Below, in pieces: positions 47,848 to 60,017 of a DNA stretch of 64,000 nt (within the stretch, counting starts at the first letter, position 1; each line of letters begins with the position of its first letter). The notes under the pieces were generated by a model. It saw only the letters and a program-made list of their open reading frames with translations. It did not search any database and had not been told where the DNA came from. Origin of the DNA: Carcharhinus amblyrhynchos (lineage: Eukaryota); NCBI GenBank assembly GCA_965287045.1, contig OZ336898.1, positions 26,598,001-26,662,000 on the forward strand, in the 5' to 3' direction. A program made the translations under genes and the position numbers.

Positions 47848-48180
47848 GAATTCCAACACCGTGCAAGGAGGCCATTCGACGTATCGAGTTGCACTGACTC
47901 TCTGACAGTGCATCTCACCCAGGCCTACCTCCCTGCCCTGTCCCTGTAACTTCCACATACACTTATCCTGCTTATCCCCCTAATTTACACATCTTTGGAC
48001 ACAAAGGGGCAATTTAGCATGGCCAATCCACCTAACCTGCACATTTTTGCGGTGTGGGAGGAAATCGGAGGATCCAAAGGAAATGCACATAGACGCAGGA
48101 GGAATGTGTGAACTCCAAGGCTGGAATTGAACCCAGGTCCCTGGTGCTGAGGGGCAGCAGTGCTTACCCCAGTGCCATCA
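47848..48180 (-). mobile_element. HE1 SINE
   Basis: Reverse complement, head to tail A. Confidence 0.83.
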
Positions 48181-49025
48181 CGTTGTGCTATTGTGCCACA
48201 ATGACACCATTTTGCAGGTGTTGTGATGAGGTGCTGGATTTGGCACCGTGTGTGTTGCGGAATTCTCACAGCGAAGGCATTGGGTTTGCTGATCTATTCA
48301 CACAAAGGCTGCAAATGATACAGGGGCCGCAGCTGGGTGAAGTGCAGAGAGGGAAGATTTTTACATCCTGCCCTCTTAAGTCAGACTTGTCCACGCTCCT
48401 TGACTGTACCAGGAGGCTGGCAGGCCGGCCTGTCTTTGGACCCTGTACGTACCCATATTAGTGTTGGCTCTTTGCAGCACAACTGAATTCCTCATCTGGG
48501 GCTCCTGTAACAGGAACCTTTACACACGCTCGAACTGGCAAATCAACTATCCTATTCCTGGCATGGTTGTAGCCCATTTGTACATAACAGCCACCACATG
48601 CAGATTCCAAATCCACAGGAATGTCCAAAGCCAATGTCTGAGCTGGTGACTGCAACTGTCAGACCTGGGGCATCGTTGCCAGCGCTAAACCAGTCTCTCT
48701 CTTCCTATGACTGGGCAGCCTGGAGTTTTTGGATGTCCAAAAACAGATTATATCAGTAGGGATAAGTTGGGATGTGGAAGGGGACAGGGTGTAAAGCCAG
48801 GTCCATGGTCATAGCACCAACAACGTAAACAGCATGCCAGATGCCCACAGAAGGATCCATTGGGTATTGAGAAGGGGCGTCAAGTGGAGACATAAGGAAA
48901 ACATAGAAACATAGAAAAACTACACCACAATACAGGCCCTTCAGTCCACAAAGTTGTGCTGAACATGTCCCTGCAGAAGGGACATACTATCACCTTCAAT
49001 GTTCTTAGCAATGCTAGGCTTTTAT

Positions 49026-49311
49026 TTAAAGTTTATTTGTTGGTCACAAGTAGGCTTTAGATTATCATTGCAATGCAGTTACTGTTAAACTCTCCTAGCC
49101 GCTGACGCACTCCTCCTTCAGGTTCACTGAGGGAGGATTTAGCATGGCAAATGCACCTCTTTCAGAATGTGGGAGGAAACCGGAACACCCGGAGGAAACC
49201 CACACAGACACTAGGAGGATGTGTAGACTCTGCATCGATAATGACCCAAACTGGGAATCGAAACTAATTCCCTGGTGCTGTGTGGCAGCATTGCTAACTA
49301 CTGTGCCACCC
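49026..49311 (-). mobile_element. V-SINE tail-B subfamily
   Basis: Reverse complement of tail B and head. Confidence 0.83.
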
Positions 49312-49324
49312 CTATCACTTTTCA

Positions 49325-49825
49325 TCCCATGATGCAAAGAAGCATATCTGCAGGGCCTGGAAGATGCAGGAATTCTTGTTGCATTGTGATTCTGTGATGT
49401 GTTTACCTTGCCTGAATAACTGCAAGTGTGTAGAAGCTGTAGGGGGTGGGTGTGGGAGGATATCTGAATGTTAGGCACAAGTCCTGAGCAGCAAGAAGTT
49501 TTGATCAACATTGAGAGGGATGTGGTGCATTGAGCAGGGAGAGATTGATAATGCAGTTGGTATGAGGCCTTTACAAGATACATTCACTAAACTTGAATAC
49601 ACAGATGAAGTCTTTAAACATCTTGTAGCACAGCTGCCAGGTCTTTGGGGGCAAATTCCTTTCACTGACTCCTTGGCTACCTCTTCCCAATCCCTTTGGA
49701 GGGCGGGCCTTGAGGGCTTCCTGCTCCACACCACCAAACCCCCTCCTCTCGAAAACGTGATTTATTTCCTTCTGTCCATCTCCATCTATATAACAAGGAA
49801 TGCCCTCTCTTTCTTTGTGCTCCAT
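49325..49825 (-). pseudogene. Decayed Myb/SANT-like (trihelix) DNA-binding gene of a PIF/Harbinger transposon
   Basis: Frameshifted MEHKERE..RKPSRPALQRDWEEVAKE/SERNLPPKTWQLCYKMFKDF fits W..VA..V...RTW.QC.KKF.DL Myb/SANT pattern; dead donor TTTAGT; possible exon 2 near 49325-49412. Confidence 0.65.
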
Positions 49826-50487
49826 TCTGCATGCTGCCAGTGTCAGGACAGATAGCCAGCAGTAAGCTCCCTGAGTGTGGCTCCCCTTTTAAAAGGACAG
49901 ACTGCCTTTAAAAGCAGCAGGCTGGCTAAAGTGTGCAAGGTCAACAAACACAGCACTGATTCCCTGTGAATATTCAGCTGGACAGCAGCAGAGCTGTTGC
50001 TTGAACCAATGGGGCAATCAGCTGAATGAGGAGATAGCAGCAAGTTTGTAAGCCACCAGCTTCAACATCAATAAGCAGAGGTGGTTCTCAAACCCTGCAT
50101 CTAAAAATGTGTCATGATGAATTTTTAGCCTGCATTGGTTTAAGCATGGGCTAAAAATAAGGCTTTCGTCTTGGAATACTGAGCAGTGCAAACATACATT
50201 CTTGCCAGCATTGGTGAGTATCTAGTTCAGTAATTAGAGAAGGAAATTCATCTGGGGTGGGAATTGCAAAGGGCAACAGAGAATCAACTTGGTTGGATTT
50301 TCTTTTTCAGTGGTGGGCAATGGGCTGCAGATTTGTTACTTCCAACTTCACCTGAGATAATGAATACACCGTTATCGAAGATCAAAGAAAAGTACAACAC
50401 AGGAGCAGGTCCTTCAGCCCACCCAGCCCATGCCCATCATGATACCCTAACTAAACTTAACCAAAACCTTCTGCCCTTGGACTGATC

Positions 50488-50790
50488 TCCAGCAATGATG
50501 AGATGGAGTACAGAAAAAAGATTGTGAAACTGCTGAAATGGTGCAATGACAATAATCTCTCCCTCAAATGTCAGTAGAACGAAAGAGATAGTTATCGATT
50601 TCAGGAAATATAGTAGAGAGCATGCCCCTGTCTACATCAATCAATGGGGACAAAGTGGAGATGGTCAAGAGCTTCAAGCTTATAGGTGTTCAGATCACCA
50701 ACAACCTGTCCTGGTCCTTTCATGCCAACTCTATATTAAGAAAGCCCACCCAGTAATGCCTTTAGTTTTTCAGAAGGCTTAAGGAAATTC
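50488..50790 (+). mobile_element. Rex1/Babar LINE RT fragment
   Basis: WCNDNNLSL, TKEIVIDFRK, VEMVKSFKLIGVQITNNLSWS. Confidence 0.82.
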
Positions 50791-51635
50791 TGAGCACAGA
50801 GTGGTATTATCAATCACCCACTAGAATCTTAATAAATACTCCTGATCACGACCTCATCATCTTCACCTTGTGGGATGAACAACGACCTAATTTACAATGT
50901 TTCTCATATGGCATTCAGTTGGAACAAGGTGTTGCATGCACACAGGCAGGTCTTGTACCATGTTCATCATTCCAAATAAATCAAAGTCTACCTCATGAGA
51001 GCATGGGAATTGGTGCTCAGCTTGAAGTAAATGTTGCACTTTAGGTTAATGCTGCTCTTAAAATTCCACAGCAGCAATATTATATCTCAGGGAACAGCTC
51101 GGCAGGTTTCAAAACTTTGGACTTAAAAGCAGCGATGATCTGCATGCGATAAAATGCTCTTGAATAATGCATGAAAAATGGGACTTAATCCATTCAAGAA
51201 CATGTTACAGCCCAGAATATGATTTTCTCTTGTTGCACAATCTAAAATGTACATTTGTCTTAGGAGGATCTTGGCACGAGAGAATTCTGTCAAACACCAA
51301 CCATTTTTAAATGCAACACTAATTTCCACTTGCAGGAAATTGAGTGAAAAAATCCAGGGAGCAGGGACCAGATGGTTAACGCCAAACAAAAATTCTTCAG
51401 CCTTGCTCACTCTGCAATAGACTTTTCCAACAATGTCAAGTTAGATTCCAGTTTAAAGCATGGCACTGCCGTGGTACCTTTCAGGCAGGTCGCCAAACCT
51501 TCCTTGTTCTTTTAACATTTCACTGTCAATAAAACAAAAGGAGATACAAGTTTTCTGTTGCAGTTGTTCTTGGGATCGGGGGGGGCGGGATTTAACCCGC
51601 ATGATAGACCATGAAAATCTGACCTCTGGGACATT

Positions 51636-51747
51636 GGGTAGAATTTTACCACCAAGCCCGCCCCAGAATTAGGGTGAACATGGCTTGCAGAACAGAATTC
51701 TCTGTTGACCTTGCGAGCCTTGTGTGTGAGGTCGTAAAATACTGGCT
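51636..51747. mobile_element. MITE
   Basis: TIRs GGGTAGAATTTTAC / GTAAAATACTGGCT, ATT on both sides. Confidence 0.5.
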
Positions 51748-51884
51748 ATTGTCTGCTCGAGCATCAACTCCAGCCATCATTTGGAAAGAAACAATTTTTA
51801 AACTTATTTTCAAATTAATTTCCTGGATATGGACACTGTTACCAGCAAGGTCATTGTTCATTGTCCATCCGTGGTTACCTGAGG

Positions 51885-52207
51885 TAGAATCATGGAATCC
51901 CTGCAGTGCAGAACGAGGCCATTCAGCCCATCAGCCCCACACTGATAATAATCCCACCTCGGCCCGATCTCCATAACCTCATGCATCCACTCTGCTAGTT
52001 CCTCTGACGCAGAGGCAATTTAGCACAGCCGATTCACCTAACCTGCACATCCTTGGAGTGTGGGAGGAAACCACAGCAGCCGGAGGAAACCCACACAGAC
52101 ACAGGGAGAACATGCAAACTCCACACAGACAGTGACCCAAGGCTGGAATTGAACCCGGTCGCTAGGGCTATGAGGCAGCAGTGCTAACCACTGTGCCAAT
52201 ATGCCAT
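51885..52207 (-). mobile_element. HE1 SINE
   Basis: Full length, reverse strand. Confidence 0.88.
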
Positions 52208-52248
52208 CATTCCTGAGCCGGGAGCTAAAAAGTTAATTAATTCCAAGA

Positions 52249-52560
52249 GCGGCACGGTGGCACAGTGATTAGCACTGCTGCCTCACAGCACCAGGGACCC
52301 AGTTTCAATTCCACCTTTGGTCACTGTCTGTGTGGAGTTTGCACATTCTCTACTTGCTCGTGTGGGTTTCCTCCGGGTGCTCCAGTTTCCCTCCACAGTC
52401 CAAAGATGTGAGGGTTCGGTTGATTGGTCACACTAAATTGACCATAGTGTCAAGAGATTAGTAAATGAGGGTTATGGGAACAGGACTTGGGTGGGATGAT
52501 GGTCAGTACAAACCCGATGAGCTGAATGGCCTTCTGTGCTGTAGGGATTCTATGATTCTA
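52249..52560 (+). mobile_element. HE1 SINE
   Basis: Full length, ends GATTCTATGATTCTA. Confidence 0.88.
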
Positions 52561-52561
52561 C

Positions 52562-52920
52562 CACATCCTCCTCGTGAACCTACTCCTGGGCCTGGCAAAG
52601 CACGTTAATTACAGATCCAGGCAGCGGGCGATCGAGGGGGCTGTCTGTCCTGACTGTCTGCCCCTCTACCATGGCAACGTTCAAGGCCAAGTGTCTCTGG
52701 AGAGGGAGCATGTGGTGTCCACGGGTGCAGTTGACGCCTTGCACGCCCGTTGGGCACTGCAGGGGCTGGGGTGCATTATCAAACTAATAATCAGATTTTA
52801 ATTTGATGTTTTCAAGTTTCCTTTGTACTTTGATTTTGTTCGGGCTGTTCTCCCTCCTTTTGGGGAGCTGTCCCTTTTACTTTGCCTTATTTAACTAATT
52901 TATTTGGTTTGACCTTAAGA
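52562..52920 (+). mobile_element. Tx1-clade LINE 3' end
   Basis: ORF 52574-52801 NLLLGLAK..RSRQRAIEG..DCLPLY..VSLEREHVVSTG; 3' UTR matches 870-998. Confidence 0.82.
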
Positions 52921-53189
52921 GGCCAATTGAAACATCAGTGTTCTGTTTGTTACACAGCCACCAAGTGGGAATGAGATAGCCTGTGGGCAATGCTGGATAC
53001 ATAAATCAGGTTCAAAATACTGACTATCATGTATTCCAACTTGGGAAAGCAGTTTGTGGATTATTATTTGAAGAGTATAAATTCCTCAGTGTAGGGTTCC
53101 CATTGTTACCAGCACAAGATACTGACTTGGAGGAGGATATAACTGAACTGCCCTGGTTTCTATCATTCTAAGCTGCAACCAGACATTAA

Positions 53190-53306
53190 GGCTAGACTTT
53201 TACGACCTCACTAGGACAGGGTTTGTAAAATCCTGCCCAAGGCCAATGAGAATTCCATTCTATGAGCCCCGATTCCAGGGTGGGCGTGGCTGTAACATTC
53301 CAACTT
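53190..53306. mobile_element. MITE with TAA flanks
   Basis: TAA|GGCTAGACTTTTAC ... GTAACATTCCAACT|TAA. Confidence 0.5.
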
Positions 53307-53514
53307 AAAATGTTGTGTTCCAAGATTTAAACAGATAAGAATAAAAGAAGGGCCATGAAGCTATCAATAACTTGCATTCGTATAGCTCCTTAAAAGTAGA
53401 AAAAGATCCAAAAGGACTTCGTATGAGAACCTTTGAGTTGTTTAAAAATAAAGCACTGGAAAAAGTGTTTTTCCAAGCATGCTTTAAAAGACAAGTGTTT
53501 TACTTATTTTAAAG

Positions 53515-53654
53515 AGTGGGATTTCTAGCCTCACTCGCCGCCAAGACTGTCCAAACCTGCTGATAATTAATGGTCTTTTGGCTGAACTGCCAAATCTCCC
53601 ATTGGTGGGGGGGAGGAGGCGGAGGGGGCACACTGGGGCTGGAAAATTCCAGTC
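53515..53654. mobile_element. MITE
   Basis: GTGGGATTTCTAGCC / GGCTGGAAAATTCCAG. Confidence 0.5.
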
Positions 53655-53940
53655 AAATTGTGTAGCATGGCTTTATTCTGAGAAATTCAGTTTGGTTTCA
53701 CATGCTCTCAGTGTAAATCCCAGGTACTGTGTTTTTTTTTGTTAGATATTAATAAGCAGAGATTTTAAATTGGTGCCAACTATTTAATTTGCTATCACAC
53801 AAATGTTGTTTATATGAATTTAATTACTGCATACACTTCTTTGTGTCAACACTCACAAGCGAACACACACATATGAAAATGCTCCAGGCTTAAGCTACAT
53901 AAACTAATTCCATTGAACTCTTGTTTGACATTAACAAGTC

Positions 53941-54750
53941 TGATTTGATTTGTTATTGTCACAGGTATTGGGGTACAGTGAAAAGTATTGCTCCTTGTGC
54001 GCTATACGGACAAAGCATAAGATACATAGGCAAGGAGAGAGTGCAGACTGTAGTGTTACAGTCATAGCTAGGGTGTAGAGAAAGATCAACTGAATGCAAA
54101 GCAGATCCATTCAAAAGTCTGATAGCAGCTGGAAAGAAGCTGTTCTTGAATCGGTTGGTACATGTCCTCAAATATTTGTATCTTTTTCCCAATGGAAGAA
54201 AGTGGAAGAGATATTTCTGGGGTGCATGGGGTCCTTAATTATGCTGGCTGCTTTTCCAAAATAATGGGAAGTGCAGGCAGTGTCACTAGATGCAAGGCTG
54301 GTTTGTGTGATGGACTGGGCTTTGTTCATGACCCGTTGTAGTTTATTGCGACCTTGGGACAGAGCAGGGGCCAAACTAAGTTGCGACACAACCAGAAAAA
54401 TGCTTTCTGTGGTGCACCTGTAAAAGTTGGTGAGATTCATAGCAGACGTGCCAAATTTCCTCGGTCTTCTGAGAAAGTAGAGGCATCGGTGAGTTTTCTT
54501 AACTATGGTATTGGCATGGAGGGACCAGGACAGGTTCTTGGTGATCTAGATACTCAAAAACTTGAAGGTCTCAACCATTTCTACTTCGCCCCATTGATGT
54601 AGACAGGAGCATGTCCTCCACTGCACTTCCTGAAGTTGATGAGTATCTCCTTCATTTTGTTGGCATTGAAGGAGAGATTATTGTCAATGCACCAGAGTCT
54701 CAATCTCTTCCCTGTACTGTATCTCATCATTGTTTGAGATCCGACCCACA
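53941..54750 (-). mobile_element. Rex1/Babar-type LINE 3' region
   Basis: LTNFYRCTTESI, KLQRVMNKAQSITQT, TNRFKNSFFPAAIRLLN; (ATCAA)n tail. Confidence 0.88.
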
Positions 54751-54757
54751 ACATTTC

Positions 54758-54970
54758 AGCTCTGGCTCAGTTGTTAACTCTCTTGCCGGAGTCAGCAGGT
54801 GACAGGTTAGAGCCCCATTCATACAACCTGAGCATGCAGACCAGTCGATGCCCTTGTGCAGTACTGAAGAAGGAGTGCCACACTGTCGTAAGTGCTGGTG
54901 TGCAGATAAGGGCCCAGGAAGGCACCGTCTGTTTCTTCAGGTAAACTCAAAAGATTCCAAGGCATATTTC
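54758..54970 (+). mobile_element. DeuSINE 5' half, decayed
   Basis: TGGCTCAGTTG head; GTGCAGTACTGA..CACTGTCG; CAGGTAAACTCAAAAGATTCC. Confidence 0.45.
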
Positions 54971-55544
54971 AATAGAAAAGGTTGTTCCGAGTTCTTTTCA
55001 TTGATTTTCTGCATTTTCTGCTGAGCACCTCCATCCGAGTTTAGGACTCCCCAGTGCCACTGAAAGTGAATGGAATGCCAAGTTTTCCCTTCTCACTTGC
55101 AGCAGTGTGGGTACGGGCGAGACTGGAGAACCCCGCTCTGCATCTCTTGCTCATCACCAACATAACGAGCATTTACTGGGTTATTTCGCTTCTGGGGTAC
55201 TTGGAAACTTATGTAGCTGTGTTTCCCTAAATCTGGAATAATCTGGCAATGCAAAAATCCGAGTTCTTCCTTCCTTTCTTTGTCCTCCTACTGAAATGAC
55301 TACAGGAGCAGGTAATACTTACTCCAGTTGCTGCACCACTAGGGATCATTATTCTCACACATTCACTGCAGGACCGAAACGTGGAAAGCATATTTGGGTT
55401 CAATTCATTCAGTTCACTTTGGCAAGTTGCAGTTAGCATCATTTAGAAAAATAACTAAAATTGTAAATCTTTGCATTTTCAGATTTGGAGGAAATTCAAT
55501 ACATTTGGATGCACTTACATCTCATCATTGTAATTGCTTACTTT

Positions 55545-55830
55545 CGGTGGCACAATGGCCAGCACTGCTGCCTCACAGCTCCAGGGACTTGAGTTTGATT
55601 CTCGGCTTAGGTCGCTGTCTGCCCATTCTCCCTGTTTCTGCATGGGTTTCCTCCGAGTGCTCCCACAGTCCGAAAGACGTGCTGGTTAGACGTTGTCTAG
55701 CACGAAGAATTTGGCCGTGCTAAATTCTCCCTCAGTGTACCCAAACAGGTGTCGGAGTGTAGCAGCTGGGGGATTTTCACAATATCTTCATTGCAGTGTT
55801 ACTATAAGTGACACTAATAAATGATTAAAC
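55545..55830 (+). mobile_element. V-SINE tail-B subfamily
   Basis: Head and tail B. Confidence 0.83.
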
Positions 55831-56578
55831 TTTGAAAGCTGATGGCTGATTGTTATTTAAATGCGAGCTGTTTTAAATTAATCACACAAGGGGTTTAGGT
55901 GGAGGGAATCCAGAAGATAAAATTTTGGCTTGTATTCAGGTGAGAGAAAAAAACAAACTCTCCATTATTTACATCTTAGCAGTGCCCAACGCTAAATATT
56001 ATCTGCTGTCATACATTTCAAAAACCCAGCTGTGGATTGGAAATCATTCGCTAAGAATCTGCTGCTGTTTCCCACTGAAACGAAACAGGTAAGTGCTGCT
56101 CAGTCAAATAAAATCTGAGTGGTGTCTGCTCTCAAGTGTTTTTTAAAGTACATGGACAGAGCCAGCCATGAAATCATTCATGATTTTGCATATTGTTGAG
56201 AATTACTGGCAAAGATCATTACAAAAATAATCACCTTTCCTTTCAGAAGCCAAGGCTTTAAGTATTATACAAAGAAGAGTGGTAGAGAGCAGAATTTGAC
56301 CAGCTTGTTTTAATACCAGGTTTGCAAAGTCAATTAATTCAGAGCCCTTACAATAAAATTCACTTCAGACCTAAAATTCTTCAGGAGACCGATAAGTAAA
56401 GTACAATACATTTGAGGTGGTGGCACAGTGGTAAAGTCACTGAACTAATAATCCAGAGGCATTGACTAATGCTCTCTGGACATTTGCCTACTGGTAGGTC
56501 AGCCATTGGGTGTTGTAGCAGGCTTTAAGAATGAATGGTTCACACCTGCTCTATTTCTTGTGTTGTTATTTTCAATAC

Positions 56579-56862
56579 AAAGTTAAAGTTTACTTCTTAG
56601 TCACAAGGAGGCTTACATTCAGGCTGCAATGAAGTTACTGTGAAAATCCCCCAAACATCACACCCCGCGCCAGTTCAGGTGCACCTGAGGGAGAATTTAG
56701 CATGGCCAATGCACATAACCAGCACATCTTTGGACTGTGGGAAGAAACTGGAGCACCCGGAGGAAACCCACTCAGTCACAGGAAGACCATGCAGACTCCA
56801 GGCTGGCTCAAAGCCATGTCCCTGGCGCTGTGAGGCAGCAGTGCCAACCACTGTGCCACCAT
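56579..56862 (-). mobile_element. V-SINE tail-B subfamily
   Basis: Reverse complement of tail B and head. Confidence 0.83.
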
Positions 56863-57176
56863 GGTGTCCGATTTTGGTTAAATAAAATAACCAATTCAAC
56901 TAAATCAAATAAACTGATGGACAAATTAAAGGACAGCCCATTAAAGGGATACTGCCTTAAGCAAAAAAAAACACATGCAGCCAAAGCAGCATATAACTAA
57001 GCCCTACAGGCAATGCAAACTGGAATAAAAAAGAAAACTTCCTGAGAAAATTAGTAGGACCTGAAAAAAACTGTTCCTGTGTGTCTTTACCTTGTGATCT
57101 GTTTTGAGTCCGCCCAAACACATTGAAGTATATTTGACAGCTGTCAGAGAAATAAATCTCTCATCTTCCCACTGCT

Positions 57177-57259
57177 ACAGCGACCCAAGCCAGGAATTGA
57201 GCCCAGGTCCCTGGTGCTGTGAGGCAGCAGTGCTAACCACTGTGCCACCGTGCCGCCCC
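57177..57259 (-). mobile_element. HE1 SINE head only
   Basis: GACCCAAGCCAGGAATTGA..CCACTGTGCCACCGTGCCGCCC. Confidence 0.82.
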
Positions 57260-57289
57260 AATCTGGAAATATGCAATTCCAAATCTCTT

Positions 57290-57625
57290 GCAAGGTTCCA
57301 GCATTCCTACCTAAAGCAGCGCCTTAGGTACAAACCCACAACTACAATCTTCTCAAAGCACAAGGGCAGCAGATAGCCACAAATGCTACCACTAAGAAGT
57401 GCCCCTCCAAGAGACTCACCATCCTGACTTAGAAATATATTGCCGTTCCTTCACAGTCATGAGGTCAAAATACTGGAACTCTCTCCCTCACAGCACTGTG
57501 GGTGTTCCTACAACTCAGGGACTGCAGTGGGTCAAGAAGGCAGATCACTACCACCTTCTCAAAGGGTGACTAGGGATGGACAATAAATCCTGGTCTGGTC
57601 AGTGATGCCCAAAACAAAAAAAAAA
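57290..57625 (+). mobile_element. CR1-like LINE 3' end
   Basis: CCATCCTGACTTAGAAATATATTGCCGTTCCTTCA..GGGATGGACAATAAAT, A-tail. Confidence 0.72.
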
Positions 57626-58328
57626 ATCACTACTGAAGCTTGGGTAGAGTTGGACGTACTGCAGATGGCTGCAATATCCAATGTTAGGGAAGGGACAGTT
57701 AACTAGGATTCCCATTTGCTGCACACGTTTGCTTGGGAAAGGTAAATTCAAGCTCGGCCATTGCATCTCACTATCAACCAGTGGAAGTGTTTGTGAAAAA
57801 GGCCACCATCACGCAGGAAACATCGATCTCAAATGCACAAATACATGACACAGTCGACTCATCCACAAAAATACGTTCACATGTTTTTAGATGACTAACT
57901 CTGCTGTCTATAATACATTAACTCACCAACAGGATGCTGGCCACACAGGAGCCACTATTAATATTAGCATCAGCAACTTATTTGTGGGGTCTTTACTTGT
58001 CCTTTAATTCCCACAAACAGGAAAAGCAGCATTCATAGTTCATAATTATAGTTCACGAGGCTACAGTAATGCCATTCATCAGAATTACTTGTCATCACAA
58101 AGCCTGTGGGTTTTGTTCCGCTGACTCAAATACTTTTCCTTACAAAAGACATGACGAAGAAGTCCTGAAGTCGGATTTTACAAAACCTCTTTGATGCAAC
58201 CATTACTTTGGCTGATGATTTAAATATGTCAATTTTCATCTGACATTTTATAAACTTCTGCATCGCAAAGGGAAATGAATCCTTTTGGAATTGTTTCCCG
58301 GTCTTAAGGCACTAAATTAGAAAAGCTT

Positions 58329-58865
58329 ACATAGAAACATACATAGAAACTAGAAGCATGAGTAGTCCATTTGGCCCTTCGAGCCTGCTCCGCCATTGAT
58401 TTGATCATGGCTTATCATCAAATTCAATATCCTGATCCCATCTTCCTCCTCCATCAATATCCATTGATCCGATGGGCTGAATGGCCTATTCCTGCTTCTG
58501 CATGCTTTAAGGGATTCTATGACTTCTATCCCTTTGGCCCTGAGCTATATCTAATTTCTTCTTGAAATTACACCATGTTTTGGCTTCAATTACTTTCTGT
58601 GATAGTGAATTCCACAGATTCATCACTCTCTGGGTGAAGACACTTCCCTCAGCTCAGTTCTAAAAGGTTTACCCTTATCCTCAAAGTTTGGCCCCAGTTC
58701 TGGACTCCCCCACCATCAGGAACATTCTTTCTGAATCTGCGCTGTCTAACCCTGTTAGAATTTTAGAAGTTTCTCAGGGATCTCCTTTCACTCTTCTAAA
58801 TGCCAATGGATATAATCCTAACCGACTCAATCTCTCCTCATGCAACAGACTTGCCATCCAGGAAT
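58329..58865 (-). mobile_element. CR1 3' end
   Basis: Tail ACATAGAA repeats; minus-strand ILTGLDSADSERMFL..ESRT. Confidence 0.8.
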
Positions 58866-59594
58866 TGGGTGATACATAATACACCAAAACTGCTTTAAAA
58901 AAAAACTGATGAAGCAGCATGAACTCATCTTTGAATCAAAAGAGGAAAGGCAGAGACTCGGAATCTCACACAACTTACTCTCCATAGTGCTGCAGCTGTG
59001 CAATTTTTAGAAAGAACACATTTGAAGACGTCCTAATTTGTTTTACTCCACCATTGCAACTGAGAATACACAAGCATTCCCCAGTGCTTGGCTCCGGTTT
59101 ACACAAACACTCCAGTATTTATTTTGATTTCTCTTTTCCCTTTTCTTCCTGCAGTGTGGGCCTTGGCTGTTCCCCCTAGTTTACTGATGCTGCTGGGAGT
59201 CTGAAGCACTCCAATTCCACATTGTTTGCACTGTTTACACAAGAATGCCCATCAGAGAAATATAACATTCGGTTCAGCCGCCATGTTCAAATCAGGCAAA
59301 CATGTTTGTATACCTTGTCTTGTAGCGAACCGTTAAAAATGAGTAGCCCAATTTTGCATTGATAATTACATTCAGAACACACGCATAAAAACAATGCTTT
59401 ATTTCTTCTTGGTTCCAAGAAAATCTGTCCTTATCTCACATCACAAGCAGCTGAAATTATTGCCCCTTCGATGCTTTTCCGGAACAGTCCACTAACAGAT
59501 TTATTGTGACTTCCCCTCAGATTTACCATCTTTATGTTGCTGATTATTAATGGCATTGTGAAACACGATACATGTGAGAATGGATTGGCAGAAC

Positions 59595-60017
59595 CTTGGC
59601 TTCAGAAAGCAACTACAAGAAACTGCAAAAGGTTGTCCATGTAGCCCAATCCATCATGCAAACCAGCCTCCCTTCCATTGATTCTGTCTGCACTTCCAGC
59701 GGCCAGCATAATTACAGACCTCACACACCCTGGACTTACTGTCTTGCACTGTCTTCTGTTGGGAAAAAGACACAAAAGTCTGAGGTCATGTGCCAATCGA
59801 GTCGAGAACAACTTCTTCCCTGCTGCCATCAGATTTTTGAATGGACCTATCTCACACTAAGCTGATCTTTCTCTATACCCTAGCTATGATTGTAACACTA
59901 CATTCTGCACCCTCTCATTTCCATCTCTATCACAGTATGCTTTATCTGTACAGTGTGCAAGAAACAACACTTTTCATTGTATACTAATATAATGTGACAA
60001 TAATAAATCAAATCAAA
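59595..60017 (+). mobile_element. Rex1/Babar-type LINE 3' end
   Basis: KKLQKVVHVAQSIMQTSLPSIDS, NNFFPAAIRFLN; TGTGACAATAATAAATCAAATCAAA tail. Confidence 0.87.

Noticed and set aside
56030-56088. VDWKSFAKNLLL resembling a death-domain helix before a perfect donor
   Set aside because: Poor acceptor, in-frame stop just upstream, no further domain sequence found
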